Source: Methanobacteriota archaeon (GTDB taxonomy: Archaea; Thermoplasmatota; Thermoplasmata; RBG-16-68-12). From it: DNA of 64,000 nucleotides. A program made the translations under genes and the position numbers. Under the pieces are notes generated by a model. That model worked only from the letters and a program-made list of their open reading frames with translations, made no database searches and had not been told where the DNA came from. The stretch spans positions 3,945-67,944 of the forward strand of contig VBLR01000114.1 of the NCBI GenBank assembly GCA_005878665.1, given 5' to 3'. Shown here piece after piece: positions 56,522-64,000 of the stretch; within the stretch, counting starts at the first letter, position 1; every line of letters begins with the position of its first letter.

Positions 56522-56624
56522 GCGGGGCTAGTCTAGTGGTAGGACAGAAGCTTCCCAAGGTCCGCCGGCCGGCCCATCGGGCCGGAACGAGCTTCTAACG
56601 CGGGTTCGATTCCCGCGCCCCGCA
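56522..56624 (+). tRNA. tRNA-Gly (anticodon CCC) with ~32-nt intron in the anticodon loop
   Basis: Manual cloverleaf: acceptor GCGGGGC/GCCCCGC; D-arm GUCU-AGUGGUA-GGAC; anticodon stem GAAGC...GCUUC; loop UUCCCAA interrupted after position 37/38 by GGUCCGCCGGCCGGCCCAUCGGGCCGGAACGA (56559-56590); T-arm GCGGG-UUCGAUU-CCCGC; discriminator A; no encoded CCA. A TATA-like TTCAAAAATAC lies ~30 nt upstream. Confidence 0.8.
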
Positions 56625-56643
56625 CATCTCGGGTCCGAGCGGC

Positions 56644-57249
56644 TCAACCGGCTCCCGTCTCGGCTTCGACTCGGTGGACCGCCATGAGCAGTTCAGCCTC
56701 GCGTCGCAACCGGGACGCGGTGTCCGGCGTCTCGAGCAGCTCCTGGCGAATGTCGACCGCGCCCGGCAAGGCGGCGGCCACACGGAACGATAGGGTTCGC
56801 GGGTCCATCTCCTTCCACGTTTCGTCGACGCTCGCATGTCCGGCCATGTCCAGGGTTTCGACGATTCCCTCGAACAGCCGGCCAACGGCCTCCGCGAGGA
56901 TATCCACATCTTTGCCGGGCGATTCGTCCAGCCAGTCGACGTCGGCCCGGAGATACGCTCGGCCTCGGTCGAGCGACCGGATCGCAAAACGCCGTTGGCC
57001 TTGCACGACGATGTCGTACTCGCCGTGAGCGTTTCGCTGGCACGCGATGATCGCGGCCTCGGTGCCGATCCGCCGGGGGATCGCGTGACCGCCGACCTCG
57101 TCCCCATCGAGGATGAGGGCGATCCCGAAAGTCTCATCGTGCTCGAGGCATCGTCCAATCATTTCGCGGTAGCGCGGCTCGAACACATGCAACGGCAACG
57201 TGGTCTCGGGAAACAGGACTGTATGGAGAGGGAAGAGCGGGAGACGCAC
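56644..57249 (-). CDS. LON N-terminal (substrate-binding) domain protein
   Basis: MRLPLFPL..VLFP...PLHVFEPRY.EM is the classic Lon-N domain start. 201 aa with no protease or ATPase domain. Confidence 0.75.
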   Translation of the reverse strand: MRLPLFPLHTVLFPETTLPLHVFEPRYREMIGRCLEHDETFGIALILDGDEVGGHAIPRRIGTEAAIIACQRNAHGEYDIVVQGQRRFAIRSLDRGRAYLRADVDWLDESPGKDVDILAEAVGRLFEGIVETLDMAGHASVDETWKEMDPRTLSFRVAAALPGAVDIRQELLETPDTASRLRREAELLMAVHRVEAETGAG

Positions 57250-57285
57250 CGGCTGCGGCCATCCCGCGGGAGGCCATAAGGCTGC

Positions 57286-57444
57286 CTACTTCGGACGGAT
57301 GTCGAGGCCGACGACCCACGCCGTCCGGCATCCGGGACAGTTGACTTCGCGTCGCATCGCATCGCCCTCGTCGGCCATCTTGAACGTGAAGAAGAGCGGG
57401 TTGTTGCACCGCGGGCAATTGAAATTCAGGCCGCCGACTGTCAT
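57286..57444 (-). CDS. Small zinc-ribbon protein (52 aa), not in the ORF track
   Basis: Manual translation of the minus strand gives MTVGGLNFNCPRCNNPLFFTFKMADEGDAMRREVNCPGCRTAWVVGLDIRPK, with CPRC...CPGC and non-biased composition. It occupies the gap between two annotated genes. Confidence 0.45.
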   Translation of the reverse strand: MTVGGLNFNCPRCNNPLFFTFKMADEGDAMRREVNCPGCRTAWVVGLDIRPK

Positions 57445-57530
57445 CCGACTGCCTCGAAGCCCCGAGTGGTCTTAAGGTTGCGCTCGCCTCCCGGCAAGTT
57501 TATGAAAGTCTCATCCTTCCTCGGTCGTTC

Positions 57531-58163
57531 ATGCGCGTCGAGAAGGTCATCTCCCCACCGCTCGACAACAACGCGTACCTCTTGGTCGACGAGACGAGCA
57601 AGCAATCCGTGGTCGTGGATCCCGCCCTGGCGGGGAAAGAGCTCCTGGCGAGAACGGAGACGCTCGGTGCGAAGGTCATGTACATCCTGAATACGCACGG
57701 GCATCCGGATTCGACCGCCGATGATGAATCGATTCGGTCCATCACGGCGGCGAAGATCGCGATTTTCGAGGTGGATGCGCCGCGGCTGGAAAAGAACGCC
57801 CGAGGGACGCGATGGTTCCTCCCTGCACCGCCGGCTCCAGTGAAACCAGATCTCCTCTTGAAAGAGGGCTCCGAACTGAAGCTAGGAAACCTCGTCATCA
57901 CGACCCTTCACACCCCGGGCCACACGGAGGGCAGCGCGTGTTTCTATGTCGAGTCGGAGGGCGCTCTCTTCACCGGCGATACCCTCTACGCGGGGTCCTG
58001 CGGCCGCACCGACGTCCAGGGAGGAAGTCCGGCCAAGATGGTCTTCACCCTTCGGCGGCTGAACGAGCTTCCAGTGGACACCCGCGTCTACCCAGGCCAC
58101 GGGCCGGAGACGACGATTGGCGACGAGACGTGGATCAGCGACCTCGCGTATCCGGTCGTCTGA
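57531..58163 (+). CDS. MBL-fold metallo-hydrolase (glyoxalase II-like)
   Basis: HxHxDH motif (NTHGHPDS) with downstream metal ligands (TLHTPGHTEGS; GDTLYAGSCGRTD; YPGHGP). Confidence 0.8.
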   Translation: MRVEKVISPPLDNNAYLLVDETSKQSVVVDPALAGKELLARTETLGAKVMYILNTHGHPDSTADDESIRSITAAKIAIFEVDAPRLEKNARGTRWFLPAPPAPVKPDLLLKEGSELKLGNLVITTLHTPGHTEGSACFYVESEGALFTGDTLYAGSCGRTDVQGGSPAKMVFTLRRLNELPVDTRVYPGHGPETTIGDETWISDLAYPVV

Positions 58164-59939
58164 TTAGCGGCGGATTCCGCTCGCGGCCCGCCAGCTGCGC
58201 GCGGTCGGCATGTGACGGACGAGTCGGACGCGGGCGACGCGTCGGGTGATGCCCAAGCCCAGGCGGCGGTAGACGACCTTCATGCTGAAGACCACGACGA
58301 GGAAGTACGCATAGAGGATGACGAGCGTCACGGGCCAATAGTACTGCCACAAGATCGCCACGAGGCCCACGATGGCGAGTGCCCCGACCACGATGCGCAG
58401 GACGAAAGTCTCGATCGTGGATCGGCTGAAGGGCCCGCCGTCCACGCCGTAGTTCGTGTGGCGCACGGGCTCGCGGAACGCATGGCGCGCGGAGGCCCAG
58501 ACCCCGAACACGAGGACCGGGGTGAGGAGGGACATCGCCAAGTGCGCCGCACCGGTTGTGACCGTCAGGTCGATGATCCATGCGGCGTAGAAGATGAGCG
58601 AGGCCTGGAACATCCGCTTGCGGCGGTAAATCGGCAGGAAGTTCGGCATGATGACCGTCTTCAAGGTCCGTTTCACGAGCTCCGCACCGAAGCGGAGCGA
58701 CTTCGGCAGTCGGTTCGCGAAGAACCCGGCGATCCGGTTCGATCGCCCCATCAAGAGAGGTGCAAGGGAGCTCATCACGATGCAGAGGATACCGGCGAAC
58801 GGAGTCAGGTAGGTCCCAGCGTAGTCATTCGAGAGCTGCGGGTTCGCGCGGATCGCCCGCGCTCCGACGGTCGCGTACAGGATCGCTTCCTCGTTGCGAG
58901 CCACGAGGCTCGTACCAATCGCCGTCGATGCGCGACCGGAGAAGCCGATGAAATAGGCGAGACTGGCGGTGAGGAAGAGGTCGTTCAGCAGAATCAACGG
59001 CACCGCGATTGCGAGCATCGGCAGGACCGAGCCCAATGCTGCCGGGTCAATCAACATCCCGAAGGTGAGGAAGAAGATCGCGACGAACGCATCCCGCAGG
59101 GATTCCATCTTGACCTTCATCCGGCCCGCGATGCGGGTGTCCGCGAAGACCATCCCCATGAAAAACGCACCCACGATGGCGGGGATGCGGAACGCCTCTG
59201 CGAGAGAGGCCGCTAAGAACACCGTTCCGAGGGCGAAGAGGACGAACAGCTCCTCGCTCTTGATTCGTTCAAAGATCGCGGCCGTCCGCGGAACCACGAC
59301 CGCCGCGAGCAGGGCGAAGAAACCAATGAACAGCCCCACCCCGCCGAAGAGGACCCCAATGTTCACCGGAGTGTCGGAGGGGACGATCATTCCATTCACG
59401 AGAGTGAGGAGGAACATGGCAAGGAACGACTCCAGGATCACCATCCCCAGGAGGAACTCCGTCTCCGCATTCCCGAGTCGCTTCAGGTCGATCAGGGACT
59501 TGGCGGTGATCGCCGAGCTCGACATGCTGATGACCCCGGCCATAAAGATCGTGTCGATCAAAGGCCATCCGAGCCACGCCCCGATGACGAACCCCGCGAA
59601 CATGTTGACGGCGAGGTTCGTCACCGCGAGGACGGCGGCGGCTTCCTTCGTCCGCATCAGCTTCGTGATACTGAACTCGAGTCCCACGAAGAACAGAAGC
59701 AGGACCAGTCCGAGTTGCGAGATGCTTTGCAGGAACACGCTGTCCGCCAGAATTCCATCGTACGACCAGCCGAAGAGATGAAGGTGGATATTCGGGCCGA
59801 TCAGCATGCCCGCGATGATGTACCCGATGATGATCGGCACGCGGGCGCGGGATGCGAAAGCGGCTCCGACGAAACCCACCGTGGCGATGACGCCCACGTC
59901 GAACATGATCGAGGTCGTCTCAACCATGCACACACGCAT
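58164..59939 (-). CDS. Cation:proton antiporter (CPA2/Na+-H+ exchanger family)
   Basis: 591 aa with 12+ TM helices and the Na_H_Exchanger pattern (GYIIAGMLIGP...). The start is Met 59939 or 59927. Confidence 0.75.
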   Translation of the reverse strand: MRVCMVETTSIMFDVGVIATVGFVGAAFASRARVPIIIGYIIAGMLIGPNIHLHLFGWSYDGILADSVFLQSISQLGLVLLLFFVGLEFSITKLMRTKEAAAVLAVTNLAVNMFAGFVIGAWLGWPLIDTIFMAGVISMSSSAITAKSLIDLKRLGNAETEFLLGMVILESFLAMFLLTLVNGMIVPSDTPVNIGVLFGGVGLFIGFFALLAAVVVPRTAAIFERIKSEELFVLFALGTVFLAASLAEAFRIPAIVGAFFMGMVFADTRIAGRMKVKMESLRDAFVAIFFLTFGMLIDPAALGSVLPMLAIAVPLILLNDLFLTASLAYFIGFSGRASTAIGTSLVARNEEAILYATVGARAIRANPQLSNDYAGTYLTPFAGILCIVMSSLAPLLMGRSNRIAGFFANRLPKSLRFGAELVKRTLKTVIMPNFLPIYRRKRMFQASLIFYAAWIIDLTVTTGAAHLAMSLLTPVLVFGVWASARHAFREPVRHTNYGVDGGPFSRSTIETFVLRIVVGALAIVGLVAILWQYYWPVTLVILYAYFLVVVFSMKVVYRRLGLGITRRVARVRLVRHMPTARSWRAASGIRR

Positions 59940-60180
59940 CCCGGAGCGTAGGTCGACGGACTGCGGGCGCTGACGCTCTCCGCAGGAGAACCGAGTTTCC
60001 CATCCCGGGCGCGAATCGCGCTTTAGGATACAAAAAGCTGCTGCTGTCTATTGGGTAGCCCTTGACAAACCCGATTTCCCTTCTGTCGTTGCGCCGCGTT
60101 CACGCAACGGCCCGGCGTCCGCAGCATGCCTTAATACAAGCGCATCCTCTCTCATTCATCCAGTTGCGTACGAGGTCGCC

Positions 60181-60780
60181 ATGGCGAAGATGGACCACTG
60201 CCCGATCTGCAATGTTGCGGTGAAGCCCGAGAACCTCATTCGCCACCTAAACGACAACCATCCGCGGCATCCGGATCGGCCCGGGCTCCTGGAGAAGCTG
60301 AAGGAGGAACCCGGTCGGATTCGGAAGCGGCAGACCGGTCAGCCGTTTCGCGTTCGCCGATGGCAGATTGCCCTCGTCGCGGTGATTGTCTTGGGCGGTT
60401 TGAGTGTCGCCTACCTGCCACCGTTGCTCTCCGGTACACCCGCCTTCCCGTGCATCCGACAGGAGGGCGGGCTCTTGTATCATTGGCACACAGACCTTAG
60501 CATCTCATCGGCGGCGGGGTCCGTCTCGATTCCCGCGGGGATCGGAATTGGCGCGTTCTGCCTCGAGCCCCTCCATACGCACGACGCGACCGGTCGGATT
60601 CACATCGAGTCCGACACCGCACGCCTCTACTCGATCGGAGACTTCTTCCGGGTCTGGGGGAAGTCCTTCGGCAGCCCGACCGCGATGCACGTGAATGGGA
60701 CGGCCGAAACCCCGAGTCCGGACTTCATCCTGTACGATCTCCCCGAGACAATTCACCTTCAGTACGATTCGTTTTCGTGA
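60181..60780 (+). CDS. Membrane protein with N-terminal C2H2-like zinc finger
   Basis: HCPICNV...LIRHLNDNH, then one TM helix, then a ~120-aa extracytoplasmic domain. Confidence 0.5.
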   Translation: MAKMDHCPICNVAVKPENLIRHLNDNHPRHPDRPGLLEKLKEEPGRIRKRQTGQPFRVRRWQIALVAVIVLGGLSVAYLPPLLSGTPAFPCIRQEGGLLYHWHTDLSISSAAGSVSIPAGIGIGAFCLEPLHTHDATGRIHIESDTARLYSIGDFFRVWGKSFGSPTAMHVNGTAETPSPDFILYDLPETIHLQYDSFS

Positions 60781-60913
60781 AAGCCCCTGCGGGCCCGTGT
60801 CGTGTCGATGATATCGTGGCACACGTGTGCATCCCCGCTCGTTTCCGGCGGCGATTCCACTCCGACGGATGTCCGGGACGAGCTTTATTATGAATGCGCA
60901 TGTTGGATGCACG

Positions 60914-63706
60914 ATGGCGGACGACTGGCACGCCCTTCGGGCGGAGGCCGTCCTCCAGAGATTGGACTCGGCCCCGTTGGGGCTCACGAGCCGTGAGGCT
61001 TCTGAGCGGCTGTCCCGATTCGGGCCGAATGAGCTCGTTCAGACCGCGAGGGTGAGCCCTCTGCGGATCTTGCTGAGTCAGTTCGTGGACGTCCTCGTGA
61101 TTGTCCTGATCATCGCGGCGATCATCTCCGCGGCTCTGGGGGTGTTGCAAGGCCAGAATGAGGACCTGTATGACGCCGTGCTCATCATCGTCATCGTGAT
61201 CATGAACGCGATCCTCGGCTTCGTGCAGGAGTACCGGGCGGAACGGTCCCTCGAGGCACTCAAGAGCCTGGCCGCGCCGAAGGCCCATGTCCTCCGAGAA
61301 GGTGGGATCGTCGCCGTGCCGTCCCGCGAGTTGGTGCCCGGCGACGTCGCCGTCCTCTCGGCGGGCGACCGAGTCCCCGCGGACGCTCGGCTCCTCGAGG
61401 TCGCAAGCCTCCGCGTCAACGAGGCGTCGTTGACCGGCGAATCGCTCCCCGTCAGCAAAGCGGTCGAGCCGCTGCCCCGCGACTCGTTCCTGGGCGACCG
61501 CAAGAACATGGTGTTCATGGGGACCACGGTCGACGGAGGGCGCGGCAAGGCCGTCATCGTCGAGACCGGCATGGCGACCCAGCTCGGGAAGATTGCCGGA
61601 CTCGTCCAACAGGAGACGAAAGAGGAGACGCCGCTCCAGAGGCAGTTGGACCGCCTCGGAAGGCAGATCGGGGTCGCGGTCCTGCTTGCGGCGGGGGTCA
61701 TCTTCGCGATCGGCGTCATCCGGGACCCGGGCCACATCGAACTCCTGTTCCTGACGGCGGTCGGGCTGTCGGTCGCGGCGATCCCGGAGGGACTCCCCGC
61801 GATCGTGACGATCAGCCTCGCATTGGGCCTCCAGCGAATGATCCGGCGCGGGGCCTTGATTCGGAAACTTCCCGCGGTCGAGGCCCTGGGCGCCGCCTCC
61901 GTGATCTGCTCGGACAAGACCGGGACCCTCACGAAAGGGGAAATGAACGTCCGCGCGGTGATTGCGGCCACCCGGGAATATGAGGTCATCGGAGAGGGAT
62001 TCGATCCGTCGGGCGTCGTCCGGACCGACGGCAAAGGCGCGGATCTCGGGGCCCATCCTGGATTGCAGCGGCTCCTCGAATGTGGGGTCCTCTGCAACGA
62101 CGCGGTGCTCAAGAAAGAAGGTGCTCGCTGGGTCGTCGAGGGCGATCCGACCGAGGGGGCGCTCCTCGTTGCCGCGCGACGGGCGGGGATGGACCCGGAG
62201 GCCATTCGGGCGAAATGGCCGCGGTTCGCGGAGATCGCCTTCACATCCGAGCGGAAGAAGATGTCGAGCCTGCACGCGCCCCTGTCCGCCTCGCAGATTC
62301 GCGAGATCCTCGCGTTGCCCGAGGGGGAGAGGCTCCGACGCCTCGAGGGCGGAGCCGCGAACCTTCATGTGAAGGGCGCGCCGGAGCGGATTCTCGCGGC
62401 TTGTTCCCATCACATCGTGGATGGGGAACGGAAGCCCCTCTCCGAATACGATCGGAAGCAGTACCTGTTCAGGAACCAGGAGTTGGCCACACGAGCCTTG
62501 CGCGTGCTCGGTTTTGCGGTTCGCGAATTCCAGGGCGACCTGCCGCCGCTCAAGGAAGAAGTCCTCGAGACGGATCTCACCTTCCTCGGGCTGGCGGGGA
62601 TGATGGACGCGCCGCGGTCCGATGCGATCGAGGCGATCCGTCGATGCAAGAAGGCGGGCATCCGGGTCGTCATGATCACGGGGGACCACAAGCTCACCGC
62701 GATGGCCGTGGCGCGGGAGATGGGGATCCTCGGCGAAGGAGACCGGGCCCTCGCCGGAGAGGAACTCGAGAAAATGTCCGACGAGGAGCTCGTACGCGGG
62801 GTGGAGCGAATCCGCGTCTACGCCCGGGTCGCGCCGGAACACAAGATGCGGATCGTGGACGCCTGGAAGAAGGCCGGACACATCGTCGCGATGACCGGCG
62901 ACGGAGTGAACGACGCCCCCGCCCTCAAGCGGTCCGACCTCGGCGTGTCCATGGGAGTCACCGGGACGGATGTCGCCAAAGAGAGCGCGGACATGGTCCT
63001 GACGGACGACAACTTCGCGTCGATCGTGGCCGCGGTCGAGGAAGGCCGCGGCATCTACGAGAACATCCGGAAGTTCGTCGCCTTCCTGCTCTCCGCGAAC
63101 GCGGGGGAGGTCCTCATCATGTTCATCGCGACGCTCACGATTTTTGACCCGCGGTTCCTCCCGTTCTTCGCCCCGGTCCAGCTCCTCTGGATCAACCTCG
63201 TGACGGACGGCCTTCCCGCCCTCGCGCTCGGGGTGGACCCTTATCCGACGGACATCATGGATCGACCGCCGCGGAACCCGAAGGAGGGCGTGCTCTCTCG
63301 GGACATCCTCTTCCTCATCGTCATCGTCTCGGCAATCTTGACGGTCGGTACCCTCGGAGTCTTCTTCCTCGAACTTCTCGACGGAGCGGACGCCACTCGA
63401 GCTCGGACGGTCGCCTTCACGACGATCGTATTCTTCGAGCTCTTCCTCGTCTTCGCGATGCGATCTCCTCGTCAGACGATTTGGCAGATCGGCTTGTTCA
63501 CGAACACGAAGCTGATCCTCGCCGTGCTCGCGTCGATGGCCCTCCAGGTCGCGGTGATCTACACGCCGTTCCTGCATCAGGTGTTCGAAACGGAGCCGCT
63601 CACGCCTCTCGACTGGCTCGAGACGGTCCTGATCTCGTTCACCGCATTCGCCTTCGTCGAGGTGCTCAAGGTTCTTCGGCATCGGATGAGAGCCCAAGCG
63701 CCATGA
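60914..63706 (+). CDS. P-type cation-transporting ATPase (P2 type, Ca2+/cation pump-like)
   Basis: DKTGTLT phosphorylation site, TGES, KGAPE, MITGD and GDGVNDAPALK motifs with 10 TM helices. The start at MADDWHALRAEAVLQRLDS matches the cation-ATPase N-domain. Confidence 0.9.
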   Translation: MADDWHALRAEAVLQRLDSAPLGLTSREASERLSRFGPNELVQTARVSPLRILLSQFVDVLVIVLIIAAIISAALGVLQGQNEDLYDAVLIIVIVIMNAILGFVQEYRAERSLEALKSLAAPKAHVLREGGIVAVPSRELVPGDVAVLSAGDRVPADARLLEVASLRVNEASLTGESLPVSKAVEPLPRDSFLGDRKNMVFMGTTVDGGRGKAVIVETGMATQLGKIAGLVQQETKEETPLQRQLDRLGRQIGVAVLLAAGVIFAIGVIRDPGHIELLFLTAVGLSVAAIPEGLPAIVTISLALGLQRMIRRGALIRKLPAVEALGAASVICSDKTGTLTKGEMNVRAVIAATREYEVIGEGFDPSGVVRTDGKGADLGAHPGLQRLLECGVLCNDAVLKKEGARWVVEGDPTEGALLVAARRAGMDPEAIRAKWPRFAEIAFTSERKKMSSLHAPLSASQIREILALPEGERLRRLEGGAANLHVKGAPERILAACSHHIVDGERKPLSEYDRKQYLFRNQELATRALRVLGFAVREFQGDLPPLKEEVLETDLTFLGLAGMMDAPRSDAIEAIRRCKKAGIRVVMITGDHKLTAMAVAREMGILGEGDRALAGEELEKMSDEELVRGVERIRVYARVAPEHKMRIVDAWKKAGHIVAMTGDGVNDAPALKRSDLGVSMGVTGTDVAKESADMVLTDDNFASIVAAVEEGRGIYENIRKFVAFLLSANAGEVLIMFIATLTIFDPRFLPFFAPVQLLWINLVTDGLPALALGVDPYPTDIMDRPPRNPKEGVLSRDILFLIVIVSAILTVGTLGVFFLELLDGADATRARTVAFTTIVFFELFLVFAMRSPRQTIWQIGLFTNTKLILAVLASMALQVAVIYTPFLHQVFETEPLTPLDWLETVLISFTAFAFVEVLKVLRHRMRAQAP

Positions 63707-64000
63707 TCGAGGTCGACGGGGGCCACGGCGAAGGAGGCGGCCAGCTCCTCCGAATGGCGGTCGCCCTGTCGGCGCTGACGGGAACGCCGGTGCGGGTCGT
63801 CCGGATTCGGGCGGGCCGGCCGACTCCGGGCCTCGCGGCGCAGCACGTGACTGCGATCCATGCGGTCGCGGAGTTGTGTGCGGCCGAGGCAACCGGCGTG
63901 GCGGTCGGAGCGTCGTCGATCGAGTTCCGACCGGGGAACCCCGCGTCGGGTCATTTTTCCTTCGATGTGGGGACGGCGGGAAGCATCGCTCTGGTCCTGC
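63703..64000 (+). CDS. rtcA: RNA 3'-terminal phosphate cyclase, N-terminal fragment running off the window
   Basis: MIEVDGGHGEGGGQLLRMAVALSALTGTPVRVVRIRAGRPTPGL is the conserved RtcA N-terminus. ATGA overlap with the ATPase stop. Confidence 0.8.
   Translation, partial: MIEVDGGHGEGGGQLLRMAVALSALTGTPVRVVRIRAGRPTPGLAAQHVTAIHAVAELCAAEATGVAVGASSIEFRPGNPASGHFSFDVGTAGSIALVL

Noticed and set aside
60725-63892. 1055-aa ORF on the minus strand
   Set aside because: Exactly antisense to the P-type ATPase gene. Arg/Pro/Gly-rich composition with no motifs; a GC-content artefact.
1-64000. CRISPR arrays, IS elements, integrases, prophage genes
   Set aside because: No direct-repeat/spacer periodicity, terminal inverted repeats or transposase/integrase motifs seen. 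Composition is uniform apart from short promoter-like AT islands.

Overview
High-GC (~65%) archaeal chromosomal segment: fibrillarin, an archaeal-type GHMP shikimate kinase, DhnA-type ADH synthase, DHQ synthase II, PurP, Orc1/Cdc6, HerA-NurA-Mre11-Rad50 and an intron-containing tRNA all point to an archaeon. The region is densely coding core genome. No CRISPR array, IS element or integrase was recognised. Most long six-frame ORFs are arginine-rich antisense artefacts of the GC content and were discarded. Main blocks, in order:
- The partial 5' end of a family B DNA polymerase (polB, window edge), then a GNAT acetyltransferase and a small protein on the same strand.
- A mre11-rad50-nurA-herA DNA end-resection cluster.
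- A divergent, probably GTPase-inactive FtsZ paralog.
- A ~16.7 kb translationally coupled aromatic amino-acid super-operon: archaeal DKFP-route shikimate genes aroA'-aroB'-aroDE(fused)-aroK-aroA-aroC-aroQ/tyrA, with asd and lysC embedded, then a second DhnA aldolase and trpEGDCBA.
- An iscA-like gene.
- Three coupled TPR genes (one with zinc ribbon plus HhH, one with a HeH/SAP N-terminus), then fibrillarin.
- rps15 and a RecJ-like DHH phosphoesterase.
- DUF835 and orc1/cdc6.
- A J-domain protein and a HeH/coiled-coil/zinc-ribbon protein.
- Deoxyhypusine synthase, NUDIX, nicotinamidase.
- A tandem-RHH gene directly upstream of canonical ftsZ.
- thrS, folP, purP, tRNA-Gly(CCC) with a 32-nt anticodon-loop intron, LON-N domain protein, MBL hydrolase, CPA2 antiporter, P2-type cation ATPase, and the partial 5' end of rtcA at the window edge.
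Observations that stand out:
- Three conserved N-termini (polB, aroA, trpA) lie upstream of any ATG/GTG/TTG; two of them sit on CTGA overlaps with the upstream stop.
- A ~28-nt purine-rich motif ending in GGTGAAAGT occurs three times in the first 4.3 kb, twice right after a TATA-like box.
- The 380-nt rad50-nurA spacer is rich in hairpins.
- The extra FtsZ paralog has degenerate T4 and T7 loops.
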